A stretch of 64,000 bases of DNA from Minisyncoccota bacterium (GTDB taxonomy: Bacteria; Patescibacteriota; Minisyncoccia; Phycocordibacterales; DASSSU01). The DNA is taken from contig DASSSU010000029.1 in the NCBI GenBank assembly GCA_035708305.1, positions 576-64,575 of the forward strand, read 5' to 3'. A program made the position numbers and the translations under genes. Shown piece by piece: positions 43,037 to 53,058 of this stretch. Position 1 is the first letter of the stretch, and the number at the start of each line of letters is the position of its first letter. Below the pieces are notes generated by a model. It saw only the letters and a list, made by a program, of their open reading frames with translations. It was not told where the DNA came from and searched no databases.

Positions 43037-43171
43037 ACTATATTATGATTTTTTCAATCAGCATATATCAATACTACAAAATCAAGAATTTTGCAAAATT
43101 TTTTTCAAAATCGCTTTTGCTTTCTTCATTTTGTTTATAAATTTTTTTCTTGGAAAAGCGAAGAGCGTGGT

Positions 43172-45904
43172 ATGATGTTTTCTGACATGTGGCACGAACT
43201 TTCGATCGAAAAAACAGAAGAGAAATTAAAGACCAGCCGTAAAACTGGTCTCACTGCCGGGGAAGCCAAAGCACGACGCGAAAAGTTCGGCGGGAATGTT
43301 CTCGCTAAGCAGGAAAAGAAACCATGGTGGGTTTTTCTGCTGCATCAGTTCAAGAGTCCGCTGGTGTACATCCTTCTTGTGGCAGCGGTTTTGACGGCAT
43401 GGCTCGCCCTTTTTCCACACGCGGATGAACCGGGGATTACCAAATGGGTGGATACGATCGTGATCTTGCTCGCGGTTGCCATGAACGTCTTAGTTGGGTT
43501 TTTTCAGGAATTTCGCTCAAACAGCATCTTGGAAAAACTGAGCGCGGTCATCAAAACAGAAGCGCTTGTCTTGCGTGGCGGAGAAGTGCACGAAATTTCT
43601 GCGGAAGAGCTCGTACCGGGAGATGTTATTTTTCTCAAGGCGGGAAGCAAAGTGCCGGCTGATGCTCGGGTGATCGCGTCAAAGGACTTGCGTGCAGAGG
43701 AAGCGGCGCTCACGGGAGAGTCTGTGGCAGTGAAGAAGGGCACACGGCCGCTCTCGGGCAAGCTTCTGGTGGGTGACCGGACCAACATGGTGCACATGGG
43801 AACGCTCATTGCGGCGGGTGAAGGAAGGGGAATTGTGGTGGAAACAGGGAGCAAAACTGAGATCGGAAAAATCGCCGCACTTACCGGAGAGGCGGAAGAA
43901 GTACTGACGCCGCTTCAAATCCGAATGAAAGAGCTCGGGAAGATCATCTCTATTTTGGTGGGAATTGCGGCAGTTTTGGTGTTTGTGATCGGTTTTCTTT
44001 CGGATCATTCGTTTGAAGAAATGTTTACCACGGCGATTGCGGTGGCAGTGGCGGCAATCCCGGAAGGCTTGCCGGCGGCGGTTTCGATTGCGCTAGCGAT
44101 TTCGGCGCAAAGGATCTTGCAGAAAAAAGGAGTAGTGAAGCAGCTCATGGCGGCGGAAACGCTTGGTTCGGCGACGGTGATCTGTACGGATAAAACTGGA
44201 ACACTGACGGAAGGAGTCATGCAGGTAAAGGAACTTCGAAGCGGTGACCGTCCGCGTGCGCTCAAGGCTCTGGCACTCTCCAATGAAGCGCTCCTGGAAA
44301 ACAAAGATGGAAAGGTGGAGATCCGCGGAGAGGCGACGGACCAGGCGAAAATGCGCGCTTTTCTTGAAAGTGGCGGGGATTTGAAAACACTCCTTGAGGA
44401 CGCCCCACGCGCGGCTTTCTTGCCGTTTGACTCCGAGCGGAACTACATTGCTTCTTTGCATGAGCTTCCGCAAAAAGATGTTTTTGAACTCCATCTTTCC
44501 GGTGCCCCGGAACGAATCCTGAAGCTTTGCCGGACTTTCGCGGATGGGAACACAAAGCACCTGATCGATGAAGTGAAGAGAAAGGAACTTCAGAAAGAAT
44601 ACGAGAATTTTGCCCGGCAGGGATTTCGAGTGATTGCTCTGGCATCCAAGCGCTTTGTGTACGATGCACCGTTTTCCAAGCTTGACTTGGAAGATACGGA
44701 GGCAAGAGACGCGGTGGTTTCGGATTTGGATTTTCTCGGACTGGCGGTTATTCACGATCCGCTGCGGAAGGAAGTGCGGCAATCTATCCGGGAAGCACGG
44801 CGTGCTGGTATTCGCACGATCATGCTGACGGGGGACCACATTCTTACTGCCAAAACCATCGGAGCAGATCTGGGTTTTGACACGCGGGAAGGAGCGATCA
44901 TCTCGGGTACAGAGCTCGATGCCATGAATGACGAGGAGCTTGAAAAGCGCGTGGACGGTATCAGTATTTATGCGCGGGTGAGTCCGGAACACAAAATGCG
45001 GATTGTGGGGGTGCTGCAGGAACGCGGTGAAGTGGTTGCCATGACCGGCGACGGGGTGAACGACGCCCCGGCACTTAAGGCTGCTGATATCGGCGTTTCG
45101 ATGAATGACGGAACGGACATCGCAAAGGAAGCTTCGGATTTGATTCTTTTGAACAACAGTTTCTCGGTCATCGTCGCGGCTATTCATCGCGGCAGGATTG
45201 CATTTGACAACATCCGCAAAGTGACGGTCTTCCTGCTGTCCGGATCATTCACAGAGCTCATTTTGGTGCTCGCTTCGCTGATTTTCCGCCTGCCGCTGCC
45301 GATTACCGCCGTGCAGATTCTCTGGACCAACTTGATTGAGGATTCACTTCCAAACGTGGCACTCGCATTTGAACCGGGAGAAAAGAATGTCATGCGCCGC
45401 CCACCAACGCCTAAAAATGAACCGGTGATTGACCGCGAGGCAAAGTATATTATCTTTATCGTGGGAATTTTTACCGATCTGCTTATTTTGGCACTCTTCC
45501 TTTTCTTAAATTTCTACACGGATCTTTCTTTGCCGTACATTCAAACGTTTATTTTTGCGACGCTCGGCCTGGACACGTTCTTCTACATTTACTCCATCAA
45601 ATCCCTCCGCAACCCGATCTGGTCGTACAACCCTTTTAACAATATTTATCTGGTGGGGGCGACACTGCTCGGAGTGGGTGCCATGGTTTTGGCGATTTAT
45701 CTGCCGCTTTTGAACACGCTTTTGGGGACAGTCCCGCTTGCCGGGTGGAGCTGGCTGGTGGTCGCCGCAAAAGGCTTGATCAACATCACGGGAATTGAAA
45801 TTACCAAGTGGTTTTTCCTGCGGCGGAAGAAAAGAAAGCCGAAACAGGCAAAAACACTGGACAGCGAGCAAAATTTTGCTATAGTTAAAGGCAATGAAAA
45901 TTAA
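43172..45904 (+). CDS. P2-type cation-transporting P-type ATPase (Ca2+-ATPase-like)
   Basis: DKTGTLT phosphorylation site, PEGLPA in TM4, and the [16 protein letters not shown] hinge. Confidence 0.85.
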   Translation: MMFSDMWHELSIEKTEEKLKTSRKTGLTAGEAKARREKFGGNVLAKQEKKPWWVFLLHQFKSPLVYILLVAAVLTAWLALFPHADEPGITKWVDTIVILLAVAMNVLVGFFQEFRSNSILEKLSAVIKTEALVLRGGEVHEISAEELVPGDVIFLKAGSKVPADARVIASKDLRAEEAALTGESVAVKKGTRPLSGKLLVGDRTNMVHMGTLIAAGEGRGIVVETGSKTEIGKIAALTGEAEEVLTPLQIRMKELGKIISILVGIAAVLVFVIGFLSDHSFEEMFTTAIAVAVAAIPEGLPAAVSIALAISAQRILQKKGVVKQLMAAETLGSATVICTDKTGTLTEGVMQVKELRSGDRPRALKALALSNEALLENKDGKVEIRGEATDQAKMRAFLESGGDLKTLLEDAPRAAFLPFDSERNYIASLHELPQKDVFELHLSGAPERILKLCRTFADGNTKHLIDEVKRKELQKEYENFARQGFRVIALASKRFVYDAPFSKLDLEDTEARDAVVSDLDFLGLAVIHDPLRKEVRQSIREARRAGIRTIMLTGDHILTAKTIGADLGFDTREGAIISGTELDAMNDEELEKRVDGISIYARVSPEHKMRIVGVLQERGEVVAMTGDGVNDAPALKAADIGVSMNDGTDIAKEASDLILLNNSFSVIVAAIHRGRIAFDNIRKVTVFLLSGSFTELILVLASLIFRLPLPITAVQILWTNLIEDSLPNVALAFEPGEKNVMRRPPTPKNEPVIDREAKYIIFIVGIFTDLLILALFLFLNFYTDLSLPYIQTFIFATLGLDTFFYIYSIKSLRNPIWSYNPFNNIYLVGATLLGVGAMVLAIYLPLLNTLLGTVPLAGWSWLVVAAKGLINITGIEITKWFFLRRKKRKPKQAKTLDSEQNFAIVKGNEN

Positions 45905-46016
45905 ATCATCCATCAAAAAAGCGGATCTGAAGCCTGGAGATCAGTTGGTGAGCCGAAGAGGGCACTTGTACCGCATCAACAAAAAAGATCCAAAGCGAAA
46001 ACTTCGTCAGGGATAG
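45894..46016 (+). CDS. rpmJ: 50S ribosomal protein L36, Cys-less (zinc-independent, YkgO-like type B)
   Basis: 40-aa [43 protein letters not shown], absent from the ORF track; it overlaps the last 11 nt of the ATPase gene; the Zn-ligand Cys are replaced. Confidence 0.55.
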   Translation: MKIKSSIKKADLKPGDQLVSRRGHLYRINKKDPKRKLRQG

Positions 46017-46049
46017 TTTCCTGGTATCTCAAGTTCTTTCGTATATCAA

Positions 46050-46087
46050 CCACAAGAAAAACCCGTTGAAGCGGGTTTTTCTTGTGG
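46050..46087. terminator. Perfect 16-bp palindromic hairpin (ccacaagaaaaacccg / cgggtttttcttgtgg), a bidirectional terminator
   Basis: Read directly from sequence. Confidence 0.55.
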
Positions 46088-46271
46088 AATTTTAACGAGA
46101 CTACCATCCGGACCAGTCCATATTCTTCCCAAATCTTGAAAGGAATTTTGTTTACGAAAAATCCTGTTTTCTTTCAATCTAGCGCTCCAAGGCCGCTCGG
46201 CCGGTCTTACTGTCTTGAAGGAAAACAGGATTTCCCGCTTACGAACAAACTACTTCCAGTCTCTTGCAAAG

Positions 46272-46341
46272 AAAAAACACCCATTTCTGAGTGCAGTTTT
46301 CGCCTAAGAACGACGAAATGTGCCAGAAATGGGCGTTTTTT
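46272..46341 (-). repeat. Family-A element, the short 'empty' form, starting in the stop codon of rpmB
   Basis: Minus-strand sequence aaaaaacgcccatttctggcacatttcgtc...gcgaaaactgcactcagaaatgggtgtttttt; it aligns with both arms of the 13001-13116 copy, with compensatory stem changes. Confidence 0.7.
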
Positions 46342-46579
46342 AGATGAGGTTGGCTTTTTTGAGCGTTTTGTACGCTCCGTTCTTTTCCAAGGTCTTGAGA
46401 CCACTGGTGGAAAGAGACACCCGCACGCTCTTTTGAAGCTCAGGAACATACACCTTCTTCGTGATCATGTTTGGGCTTCGGCGGACTTTGCCAACCGGGT
46501 TGAACTTTGTGGCACGGGTGCGGTTGGAATACGCGCCTCCGACCTGAGTTCTTTTCTGGGTGATAGGACATTTTTTCAT
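46340..46579 (-). CDS. rpmB: 50S ribosomal protein L28
   Basis: MKKCPITQKRTQVG...NRTRATKFNPV signature. Confidence 0.8.
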   Translation of the reverse strand: MKKCPITQKRTQVGGAYSNRTRATKFNPVGKVRRSPNMITKKVYVPELQKSVRVSLSTSGLKTLEKNGAYKTLKKANLI

Positions 46580-46625
46580 AATTTCAAATTATACACATTC
46601 TTGCGGAGATTTCAACATACGGTGT

Positions 46626-47066
46626 ATGATATTGGGCATTATGGCAATTATGCATTCTTTAGAGTCTCAACCAAAGGAAAGAATATTTCAGGTAAAGCGG
46701 TCCCGTGCTGGGCTCGGGCTTTTTGCTTCCAAGGCAATCGCCAAAGGAACGTTCATCGTGGAATATGTCGGTGAAATTATTTCTAGCCAAGAAGCCGATC
46801 GACGCGGCGGAAAATATTTATTTCAGCTGAACTCACGAAAGACAGTCGATGGGAAAAACCGTTCCAACGTTGCCCGTTACATCAATCATTCTTGTCGTCC
46901 AAATGCGGAAGTGGAAATCAAACGCGGGCACATCCTTATCTTTGCAAAAAAGAAGATTCGAGAAGGTGAAGAAATTGCATATGACTACGGAAAAGAATAT
47001 TTTCAGGAATATATTGAACCGTATGGATGCCGATGTGAGTTTTGTCTAAAGAAAAGAGATTCTTAG
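46626..47066 (+). CDS. SET-domain protein (putative protein lysine methyltransferase)
   Basis: NHSCRPN motif, an ELxYDY-like EIAYDYG, and a C-terminal Cys cluster (post-SET-like). Confidence 0.65.
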   Translation: MILGIMAIMHSLESQPKERIFQVKRSRAGLGLFASKAIAKGTFIVEYVGEIISSQEADRRGGKYLFQLNSRKTVDGKNRSNVARYINHSCRPNAEVEIKRGHILIFAKKKIREGEEIAYDYGKEYFQEYIEPYGCRCEFCLKKRDS

Positions 47067-47436
47067 AGACTTATTTCAGATTTTTCTCTTCACAAGAATC
47101 TAAGAACCCTTGGAGTATCGTATATTTGAATTAGCAGGTGGGGAGGGAGGTGAGAAGATGAGAAGATCAGGGATTAAAGAGAAAAAAAGAAGATTTTTTT
47201 TTTCGTTTGTGGTGGTCTCTCCACAAATTATATTTTATGCTGTGTCAATATTTACTAATTTTTAATAAAATGGTAGAAACATACGCACCTTAGTCCCGAG
47301 AAGACAACAAGGGAGGATTCTCTCTATCTTTGAAGATGAGTCACATCTTCGCGCGACAGGGAGGTTGAAACGGCTGAGTGAGACAGTAAAAGCCGGAAAA
47401 ACATGAGGTTTTATGTCGGTTATATTTTGAACCCCA

Positions 47437-49593
47437 ATGGTTTTTTTCGATGAACACAAAAATAGGCTTTGGTACGTGCGTATTATATTCCTTTTGGTCG
47501 GAGGGATTGTTTTTTTCTCGCTGTGGCAATTTGCGCACAGCAACCGCGACCTTACGGGAGTGTGCACGACATGCACCTATTCGGCGTATCTCACCCAGAG
47601 CATTCCTCCCAAGGAGATCGCGATTACGATCGACGACGGACCCGATCAGAACACGATGCAGATCTTGAACACTCTTGATGAGACGCATACGCCGGCAACA
47701 TTTTTTCTTATTGGGCAGTATGTCGCGCGCTATCCAAACCTGGTAAAGGAAATTTCCAAGCGCGGCTACACGATTGGTAATCATACATTTACCCACGCAC
47801 CGGATGTCCAATCTTCCGACAAGCGGATTGCATGGGAGCTCGACAGTACCAACAAACTCATTGAGGCATTGACCGGTCACGCGGCGAGGCTGTACCGTCC
47901 GCCATTTCTTTTGGACATGGACACCACGAACACGGTTCGTCCGATTTTGAGCAACGAGCCGGCATGGCAGTGGGTGCGCGAACATGGGTATATCACTGTT
48001 GGACGAGACATTGAAACGCTGGACTGGCAGGCAACGACACCGGAGCAGGTGGTGCAGGATGTCAACGCAGCGCTGGATCGCAAAGAACAGGATCCACGGG
48101 GATCTACCTATCATGTCATGCTGCTTCACTCCAAGCCTGAAACGGCTGCTGCCATGCCGCAGATTCTCGCCACCCTGAAAGCACGCGGGTATACCGTGGT
48201 GCCCCTTGAGCAGGTGCTCGGCATTTCTCGGGAAGATGCCATGCCTCCTTCGGAACAGTCGGCGAGTCAAAGTGCTTTTATTGCGCACTTTCTTTTTATG
48301 TTCTCCTCACTTTGGGAAATTTTCCTCTTCAGTGTGATCGTCATTGTTCTTTTCACCCTGGTGCGGCCAATCCTATTTTTGGGAATAAAGCGTTTTGTTC
48401 CGGACAAAAAAGAAGAGATTGTTCGCCGAGCGATTGAAGAGCAGGGAGGTTTGCCGAACCTTTCGATTTCAGTGCTCGTCCCCGCATATAATGAAGCGGA
48501 AAATATTCAGGGAACTATCCTTTCTATTTTGAGCAACACGCATCGTCCGGATGAGATCATTGTTCTGGATGACGGCTCAAAAGATAGCACCAACGACCGA
48601 GCGCAAGAGATCGCGGACTTTTATCCGGATATTGTCCGGGTGATCTCGCTTCAAAACGGAGGAAAAGCGAAGGCAATGAATGCTGGAATTGAATACGCTC
48701 GCGGAGACATTATCATCTGTATTGATGGTGATACGGTTCTTGATGAGACCTGCATTGAAAAGATTCTCCCAAGGTTTGCAGACCCGAGAATCGGTGCAGT
48801 GGCAGGAAAAGTCATTCCGGCGCTTCAAAAAAACACTTTTCAAAAAATTCAGTACTTGGAGTATACCGTGATGCAGAACATCGACAAGGAGGCGCTGGCA
48901 CGTCTTGGGGCAGTGAATGTCGTGGCAGGAGCGATCGGAGCGTGGCGGCGGGATGTGCTCGCGGAAGTGGGCGGGTATAGCCAGGATACTTTGGTGGAAG
49001 ATCAGGACATCACCTTGGCTGTTTTGGCGCTTGGCTATAAGGTGGACTATGAGCCGGAAGCTCTGGCGTATACAGAAGTACCGACTACGGTCAAAGATTT
49101 TTTCCTTCAGCGGCTCAGATGGATGTACGGTACGTTTCAGTGCGTATGGAAATATCGCGCATACCTGTTTTCTTTCCGCCGTCCGGTTCTTGGATTTGTG
49201 GTTATGCCGTTTTCATTTTGTACGAACGTTCTCTTTCCATTAATGATTGCCGGCATTAACCTCATGCTGATCGTGAGTGCTATTCTCTATTTGTCGACTC
49301 CTGCTCTCATTTATATTTTCCTCTTCACGCTTTTTGATATGAGTTACGCTTTTCTTGCTTTCGGACAGGAAAAAAATCCAAAGCTGAGATATATTTGGTA
49401 TATTCCGTTTCAACGGATCCTTTTTATTCTTATTTATTCAGTGCTGACGGCTTTGGTGGTAATGAAAATTCTCGACGGTTCGCCGACCAAATGGAACAAG
49501 CTGCTCCGAAGCGGTACCGCGGGACAGTTTTTCTTCGATCGGATCAATCAGTCGGGTGGGGCATCGGCTGTGCCGCTTAATAGCTGGTGGTAA
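47437..49593 (+). CDS. Fusion protein: polysaccharide deacetylase (NodB/CE4 domain) N-terminal half, and family-2 glycosyltransferase (PgaC/IcaA/NodC-like, multi-TM) C-terminal half
   Basis: TIDDGPD and GNHTFTHA CE4 motifs; then DDGSKD, the DGD motif at ICIDGDT, and QRLRW GT2 motifs with flanking TM helices. Confidence 0.8.
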   Translation: MVFFDEHKNRLWYVRIIFLLVGGIVFFSLWQFAHSNRDLTGVCTTCTYSAYLTQSIPPKEIAITIDDGPDQNTMQILNTLDETHTPATFFLIGQYVARYPNLVKEISKRGYTIGNHTFTHAPDVQSSDKRIAWELDSTNKLIEALTGHAARLYRPPFLLDMDTTNTVRPILSNEPAWQWVREHGYITVGRDIETLDWQATTPEQVVQDVNAALDRKEQDPRGSTYHVMLLHSKPETAAAMPQILATLKARGYTVVPLEQVLGISREDAMPPSEQSASQSAFIAHFLFMFSSLWEIFLFSVIVIVLFTLVRPILFLGIKRFVPDKKEEIVRRAIEEQGGLPNLSISVLVPAYNEAENIQGTILSILSNTHRPDEIIVLDDGSKDSTNDRAQEIADFYPDIVRVISLQNGGKAKAMNAGIEYARGDIIICIDGDTVLDETCIEKILPRFADPRIGAVAGKVIPALQKNTFQKIQYLEYTVMQNIDKEALARLGAVNVVAGAIGAWRRDVLAEVGGYSQDTLVEDQDITLAVLALGYKVDYEPEALAYTEVPTTVKDFFLQRLRWMYGTFQCVWKYRAYLFSFRRPVLGFVVMPFSFCTNVLFPLMIAGINLMLIVSAILYLSTPALIYIFLFTLFDMSYAFLAFGQEKNPKLRYIWYIPFQRILFILIYSVLTALVVMKILDGSPTKWNKLLRSGTAGQFFFDRINQSGGASAVPLNSWW

Positions 49594-50299
49594 CGATCAT
49601 ACGCCAAGCGCCAGGGGGAACATCATTGGCATCCACGAATCGCCAGTATGTTTGTGCAGAACCGTCTTGAATATGAAGACAATCTCGCACAGCCGGAGAA
49701 ACATCCAAGCCTGCTTTCAGGTCAATCTGGTTTTTGGGAGTTGGATTATTTCCAAAAACATATCCGAAGTCATTTTCTTCGTATGGTCCAACGTCTTCTA
49801 TTTGTGCATAGCAGGTATACTGCCCTTGGCGAATTTCAATCCAGTGGTTTTTCATCAGTGAATGGTCTTTTGGAAAATCTGGAGAATACCATGGAATGAG
49901 TTTGGCATTTGGTCTCTGATCGCCATTGTCGTCCCAATCGTCATAAGGAAGCGCGGCATAGAATGGATTTTCCTTAGGAACGAATCCGCAGGGGAAAGAA
50001 CCACAGCGGTTGTTTGGACTGTCTACGCCGCCGTAATGTTCTGCCCAATGCTCATCCCAAGCGCTCTCGGTGTTGCTGATGTAGTCGTTGTCGGAAGTTG
50101 CACCTTCACCCACCCAGAAGACTGTCGTGGTGGCTTTTTTGTATGGAGCGGGAAAGAGTACACCAAAGGGGCCCGCGGTGGTGTACGGTTCTGAAATCGT
50201 ATGAAGCCAAAATGCTCCAAATCCGACAATAATGATCAAAATAATTGCTCCGAGCACCCACCAGAGTTTTTTCCTGTTCGAGAATTTTTTGAAAAGCAT
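49577..50299 (-). CDS. Signal-anchored secreted protein with a probable double-psi beta-barrel (RlpA/expansin-like) domain
   Basis: N-terminal TM helix; DVGPY...IDLKAGLDVSPAV resembles DPBB motifs; the family assignment is tentative. Confidence 0.4.
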   Translation of the reverse strand: MLFKKFSNRKKLWWVLGAIILIIIVGFGAFWLHTISEPYTTAGPFGVLFPAPYKKATTTVFWVGEGATSDNDYISNTESAWDEHWAEHYGGVDSPNNRCGSFPCGFVPKENPFYAALPYDDWDDNGDQRPNAKLIPWYSPDFPKDHSLMKNHWIEIRQGQYTCYAQIEDVGPYEENDFGYVFGNNPTPKNQIDLKAGLDVSPAVRDCLHIQDGSAQTYWRFVDANDVPPGAWRMIVTTSY

Positions 50300-50387
50300 A
50301 TTTTAGTTTTTTTCAGTATATGCTGATACTGGTAAAAATCAATGAATTTTATGCTTCTCAGAAGAGTATTGACAAAAAAGAAATTTT

Positions 50388-51191
50388 ATGGAAAATGCAA
50401 AGAAATTACTTTTTTCACTTACTTTTATGGAACGGCGCAAGATTCTCACCTACATTTACAATATTTCTTTATTGATCGGCTTGGTTGAGCTGTGTTTTCT
50501 CTATGTCTGGATCGCTACGCCGAACAGTTCCGCTTCCGAGGACACTTTGATTTCTTCTGGCGATGCCACTAGTACCACGGCAACATCTTCGGACCTTTCT
50601 GAACAATTTTCGGCACTTCAAGATTCTCTCGCAAGGCTTCACGGATCTGATGAAGCTTCCTCTTCACTCCTGGTCGCTTCTGCAGGAGATGCTGTGGCGG
50701 AAAACCAAACCGAAGTGAAAAACGCTTCCTATCAGGTTCCGGCTGTCACACCCGTGGAAACTCCCGAGACTTCTCCAAAACCGTCTCTTCAGCAGACTAG
50801 TGTCTCCGAATCTTCGGATGACCCTCTCTATGATGCAGCAAGCAAAACAGCAATTTGGCCGAACGGTCCGCCTCCTGCGCCAGTGAACGGCATGCCGGTT
50901 TTGTATCCTCAGCTGAAGCCTATTTGTTCGTGCGAAAGTTCCTACAGTGGCACTTGGCACGATACGCCACGACAATATGAAAATGGCGTTGTACTCCGAA
51001 ACTACAGCGGAAACGATGATGTGGGCATGTGTCAGATCAACCTCACGCAGTTTGGCGACACGGCGCAAAAGCTTGGCTACGATCTCATGACGCCGGCAGG
51101 AAATATTAACTTTGCGAACTGGCTTTTCCAGCGCGAGGGAAGTGCGCCTTGGTACAAAAGCGAGCATTGCTGGAAGCATGCTTTCGAATAA
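50388..51191 (+). CDS. Membrane-anchored transglycosylase-like (Rpf-type) domain protein, paralog 1
   Basis: TM anchor and Ser/Thr-rich linker; the C-terminal C-x-CES...W...VGMCQIN...APW..SEHCW block matches the Rpf/transglycosylase-like catalytic Glu and conserved Cys pair. Confidence 0.55.
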   Translation: MENAKKLLFSLTFMERRKILTYIYNISLLIGLVELCFLYVWIATPNSSASEDTLISSGDATSTTATSSDLSEQFSALQDSLARLHGSDEASSSLLVASAGDAVAENQTEVKNASYQVPAVTPVETPETSPKPSLQQTSVSESSDDPLYDAASKTAIWPNGPPPAPVNGMPVLYPQLKPICSCESSYSGTWHDTPRQYENGVVLRNYSGNDDVGMCQINLTQFGDTAQKLGYDLMTPAGNINFANWLFQREGSAPWYKSEHCWKHAFE

Positions 51192-51217
51192 TTTTAGATT
51201 AAAGAGAAACTAAAAAC

Positions 51218-51246
51218 AAAAGCACCTCCTTGGGTGCTTTTGTTTC
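51218..51246 (+). terminator. Rho-independent terminator
   Basis: Stem aaagcacc/ggtgcttt plus a T-run. Confidence 0.5.
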
Positions 51247-51333
51247 ACCGATTATTCACGCGGGTGAACGGTATAATGTCGTAAGTCGGAATATTGAGCA
51301 AGCGTGCGACATTAATATTATTTTTTAAAAAAT

Positions 51334-51777
51334 ATGCCAAACGCTATTACCATGCTGAGCGACGACCATCGAGAGATAGAAGAGCTGTTTGCGCAGTATG
51401 AAACTTCGAAGAATTTTGAAGAAAAGCAGAAAATTGCCGAGACGGTTTTTTTGAAGCTTGAAATCCATGCGAAGTTGGAAGAAGAAATTTTTTATCCAAC
51501 TGTAAAAAATGCCACGGAGCACATGGAAACGGAAGTGCTGGTAGATCAGAGTAAAGATGAGCACGCGGAGGTAAAGAATCTCATTACAAATTTGCGTTCA
51601 CGGACCGTGGAGGAGGAAAGGTATTATATAAAGTTCCAGACTCTCGTTGATGAAGTGATGCATCACGTGGAAGAGGAAGAAGAAAAACTTTTTCCAAAAG
51701 TGCAGGAGGAAATGTCTGATAAGTTAGAAGAAATGGGAGATGCCATGGAAGAACGAAAAAAGACGTTCAGCAGATAG
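51334..51777 (+). CDS. Hemerythrin-like (HHE cation-binding) domain protein
   Basis: DHREIEELF and spaced H/E ligands in a 4-helix pattern. Confidence 0.7.
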   Translation: MPNAITMLSDDHREIEELFAQYETSKNFEEKQKIAETVFLKLEIHAKLEEEIFYPTVKNATEHMETEVLVDQSKDEHAEVKNLITNLRSRTVEEERYYIKFQTLVDEVMHHVEEEEEKLFPKVQEEMSDKLEEMGDAMEERKKTFSR

Positions 51778-51802
51778 TATTGTTAATCTAAAAATATTTT
51801 TT

Positions 51803-52063
51803 ATGAGTATCATTCTTTGGATCATTTTTGGAGGGCTTGCGGGCTGGATCGCGTCGCTTATCGTAGGTTCGGATGCGCAGCTTGGGATCATAGGAAACAT
51901 TGTGGTGGGAATCATCGGAGCATTTATCGGCGGCTGGATCGCAGACAAAACCGGTATCAAAGCCGGAGCCGAAGGAGCGGATCGGCCGACAGGAATTTGG
52001 AGTTTTATTTGGGCGGTGATTGGGGCGATCATCCTGTTGCTCATCTTGAACTGGATCTTCTAG
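51803..52063 (+). CDS. GlsB/YeaQ/YmgE family (transglycosylase-associated) membrane protein
   Basis: 86-aa protein with Gly-zipper TM helices GGLAGWIASLIVG. Confidence 0.7.
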   Translation: MSIILWIIFGGLAGWIASLIVGSDAQLGIIGNIVVGIIGAFIGGWIADKTGIKAGAEGADRPTGIWSFIWAVIGAIILLLILNWIF

Positions 52064-52065
52064 AT

Positions 52066-52092
52066 TTAAAAAACCGCTCACCGGCGGTTTTT
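52066..52092. terminator. Bidirectional terminator hairpin
   Basis: aaaaaccgc / gcggttttt. Confidence 0.55.
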
Positions 52093-52109
52093 GTCATGAA
52101 AAATTTATT

Positions 52110-53021
52110 TTAATCAAAAATATCTGGAAGGTAGGAGTCAATGGTTCTCTGATCCATGTCGTAAAAATACTCGTGATTTTGGTGGAGTGTAGTTGCGAGC
52201 TTCACACCCACAAACCGCCAGTGCCACGGTTCAAACTCGTAATATTCATTTCCTTTCGGGTAAGACAAGATAAACCCATAGCGGTACGCGTTGTCCAAAA
52301 GCCATTGATACGCGGGAGACTGGTCAAATCCTTCCAAAGATGCTCCCACCTTGGGTGTGGTGAAATCAACGGTGGTGCCAAGTTGGTGTTCGGAAAATCC
52401 CTGGTCAGCCGAGAATTGATCCGCGGCATTTTTTCCAAAGACCTGAACATAGTGATCTTTCAAACTTGTCTGCTCGCCGAAGGATCGGTACGCGGAGACG
52501 ATTTTCAAAGTAAGGCCGTTGTCCGAGGCGTCGGCAAGAAGGTGCTCGAGATATGGCCATACTTGAGGAAGGATAAATTCCGGACGGCTGCTCTGGAAAG
52601 TGGAAGAGGCATTGATCTGTACGAGTTCTGCGGGGCGGTAATTTTCATTCAGAAAGTACACTCGGGAATATTTTTTCAAAAGTTCCGGGTCAAGTTGGCT
52701 CAGTTTCTTTAGCTGATCCACGGTATTCGTGACGCCGCTCAAAGAAGAAAGAGCGTGCTCAACCTGGTTTTGAAGATTTGAAGTTTCCTGTGATTTTTGG
52801 GCGAGTTCTGCGGAAAGGGAGGCGTTTTTCTTCTGCACTATGGAGAGCGTGTTTTGAGTTTCCGAGAGGGAGGTATTTGTGTCAGCCAGACGCTCTCGGA
52901 GAAGAACGTAACGATTTCCAAAATACGTGAGAAAACCGAAAAGAAAAATTGAAAAAAGAAGAAGAAATGAGAGCAAAAAGTTTTTTGGTGAGAAAAGCGG
53001 CAGATGAGATTTGTGGTCCAT
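52110..53021 (-). CDS. M15B-family D-Ala-D-Ala carboxypeptidase (VanY-like) with an N-terminal TM helix and coiled coil
   Basis: SAYRSFGEQ, SEHQLGTTVD and EPWHWRFVG zinc-ligand motifs. Confidence 0.7.
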   Translation of the reverse strand: MDHKSHLPLFSPKNFLLSFLLLFSIFLFGFLTYFGNRYVLLRERLADTNTSLSETQNTLSIVQKKNASLSAELAQKSQETSNLQNQVEHALSSLSGVTNTVDQLKKLSQLDPELLKKYSRVYFLNENYRPAELVQINASSTFQSSRPEFILPQVWPYLEHLLADASDNGLTLKIVSAYRSFGEQTSLKDHYVQVFGKNAADQFSADQGFSEHQLGTTVDFTTPKVGASLEGFDQSPAYQWLLDNAYRYGFILSYPKGNEYYEFEPWHWRFVGVKLATTLHQNHEYFYDMDQRTIDSYLPDIFD

Positions 53022-53058
53022 GGATTTACTCTACCATGGAGAAAACTTTTGTACCAAA

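Noticed and set aside
44093-45187. 364-aa ORF antisense to the P-type ATPase, and 47341-48288 antisense to the deacetylase-GT2 gene
   Set aside because: Antisense shadow ORFs in GC-richer conserved genes.
46082-46774. 230-aa plus-strand ORF spanning the L28 gene region
   Set aside because: It overlaps rpmB and the Family-A element on the opposite strand; no coding signal of its own.
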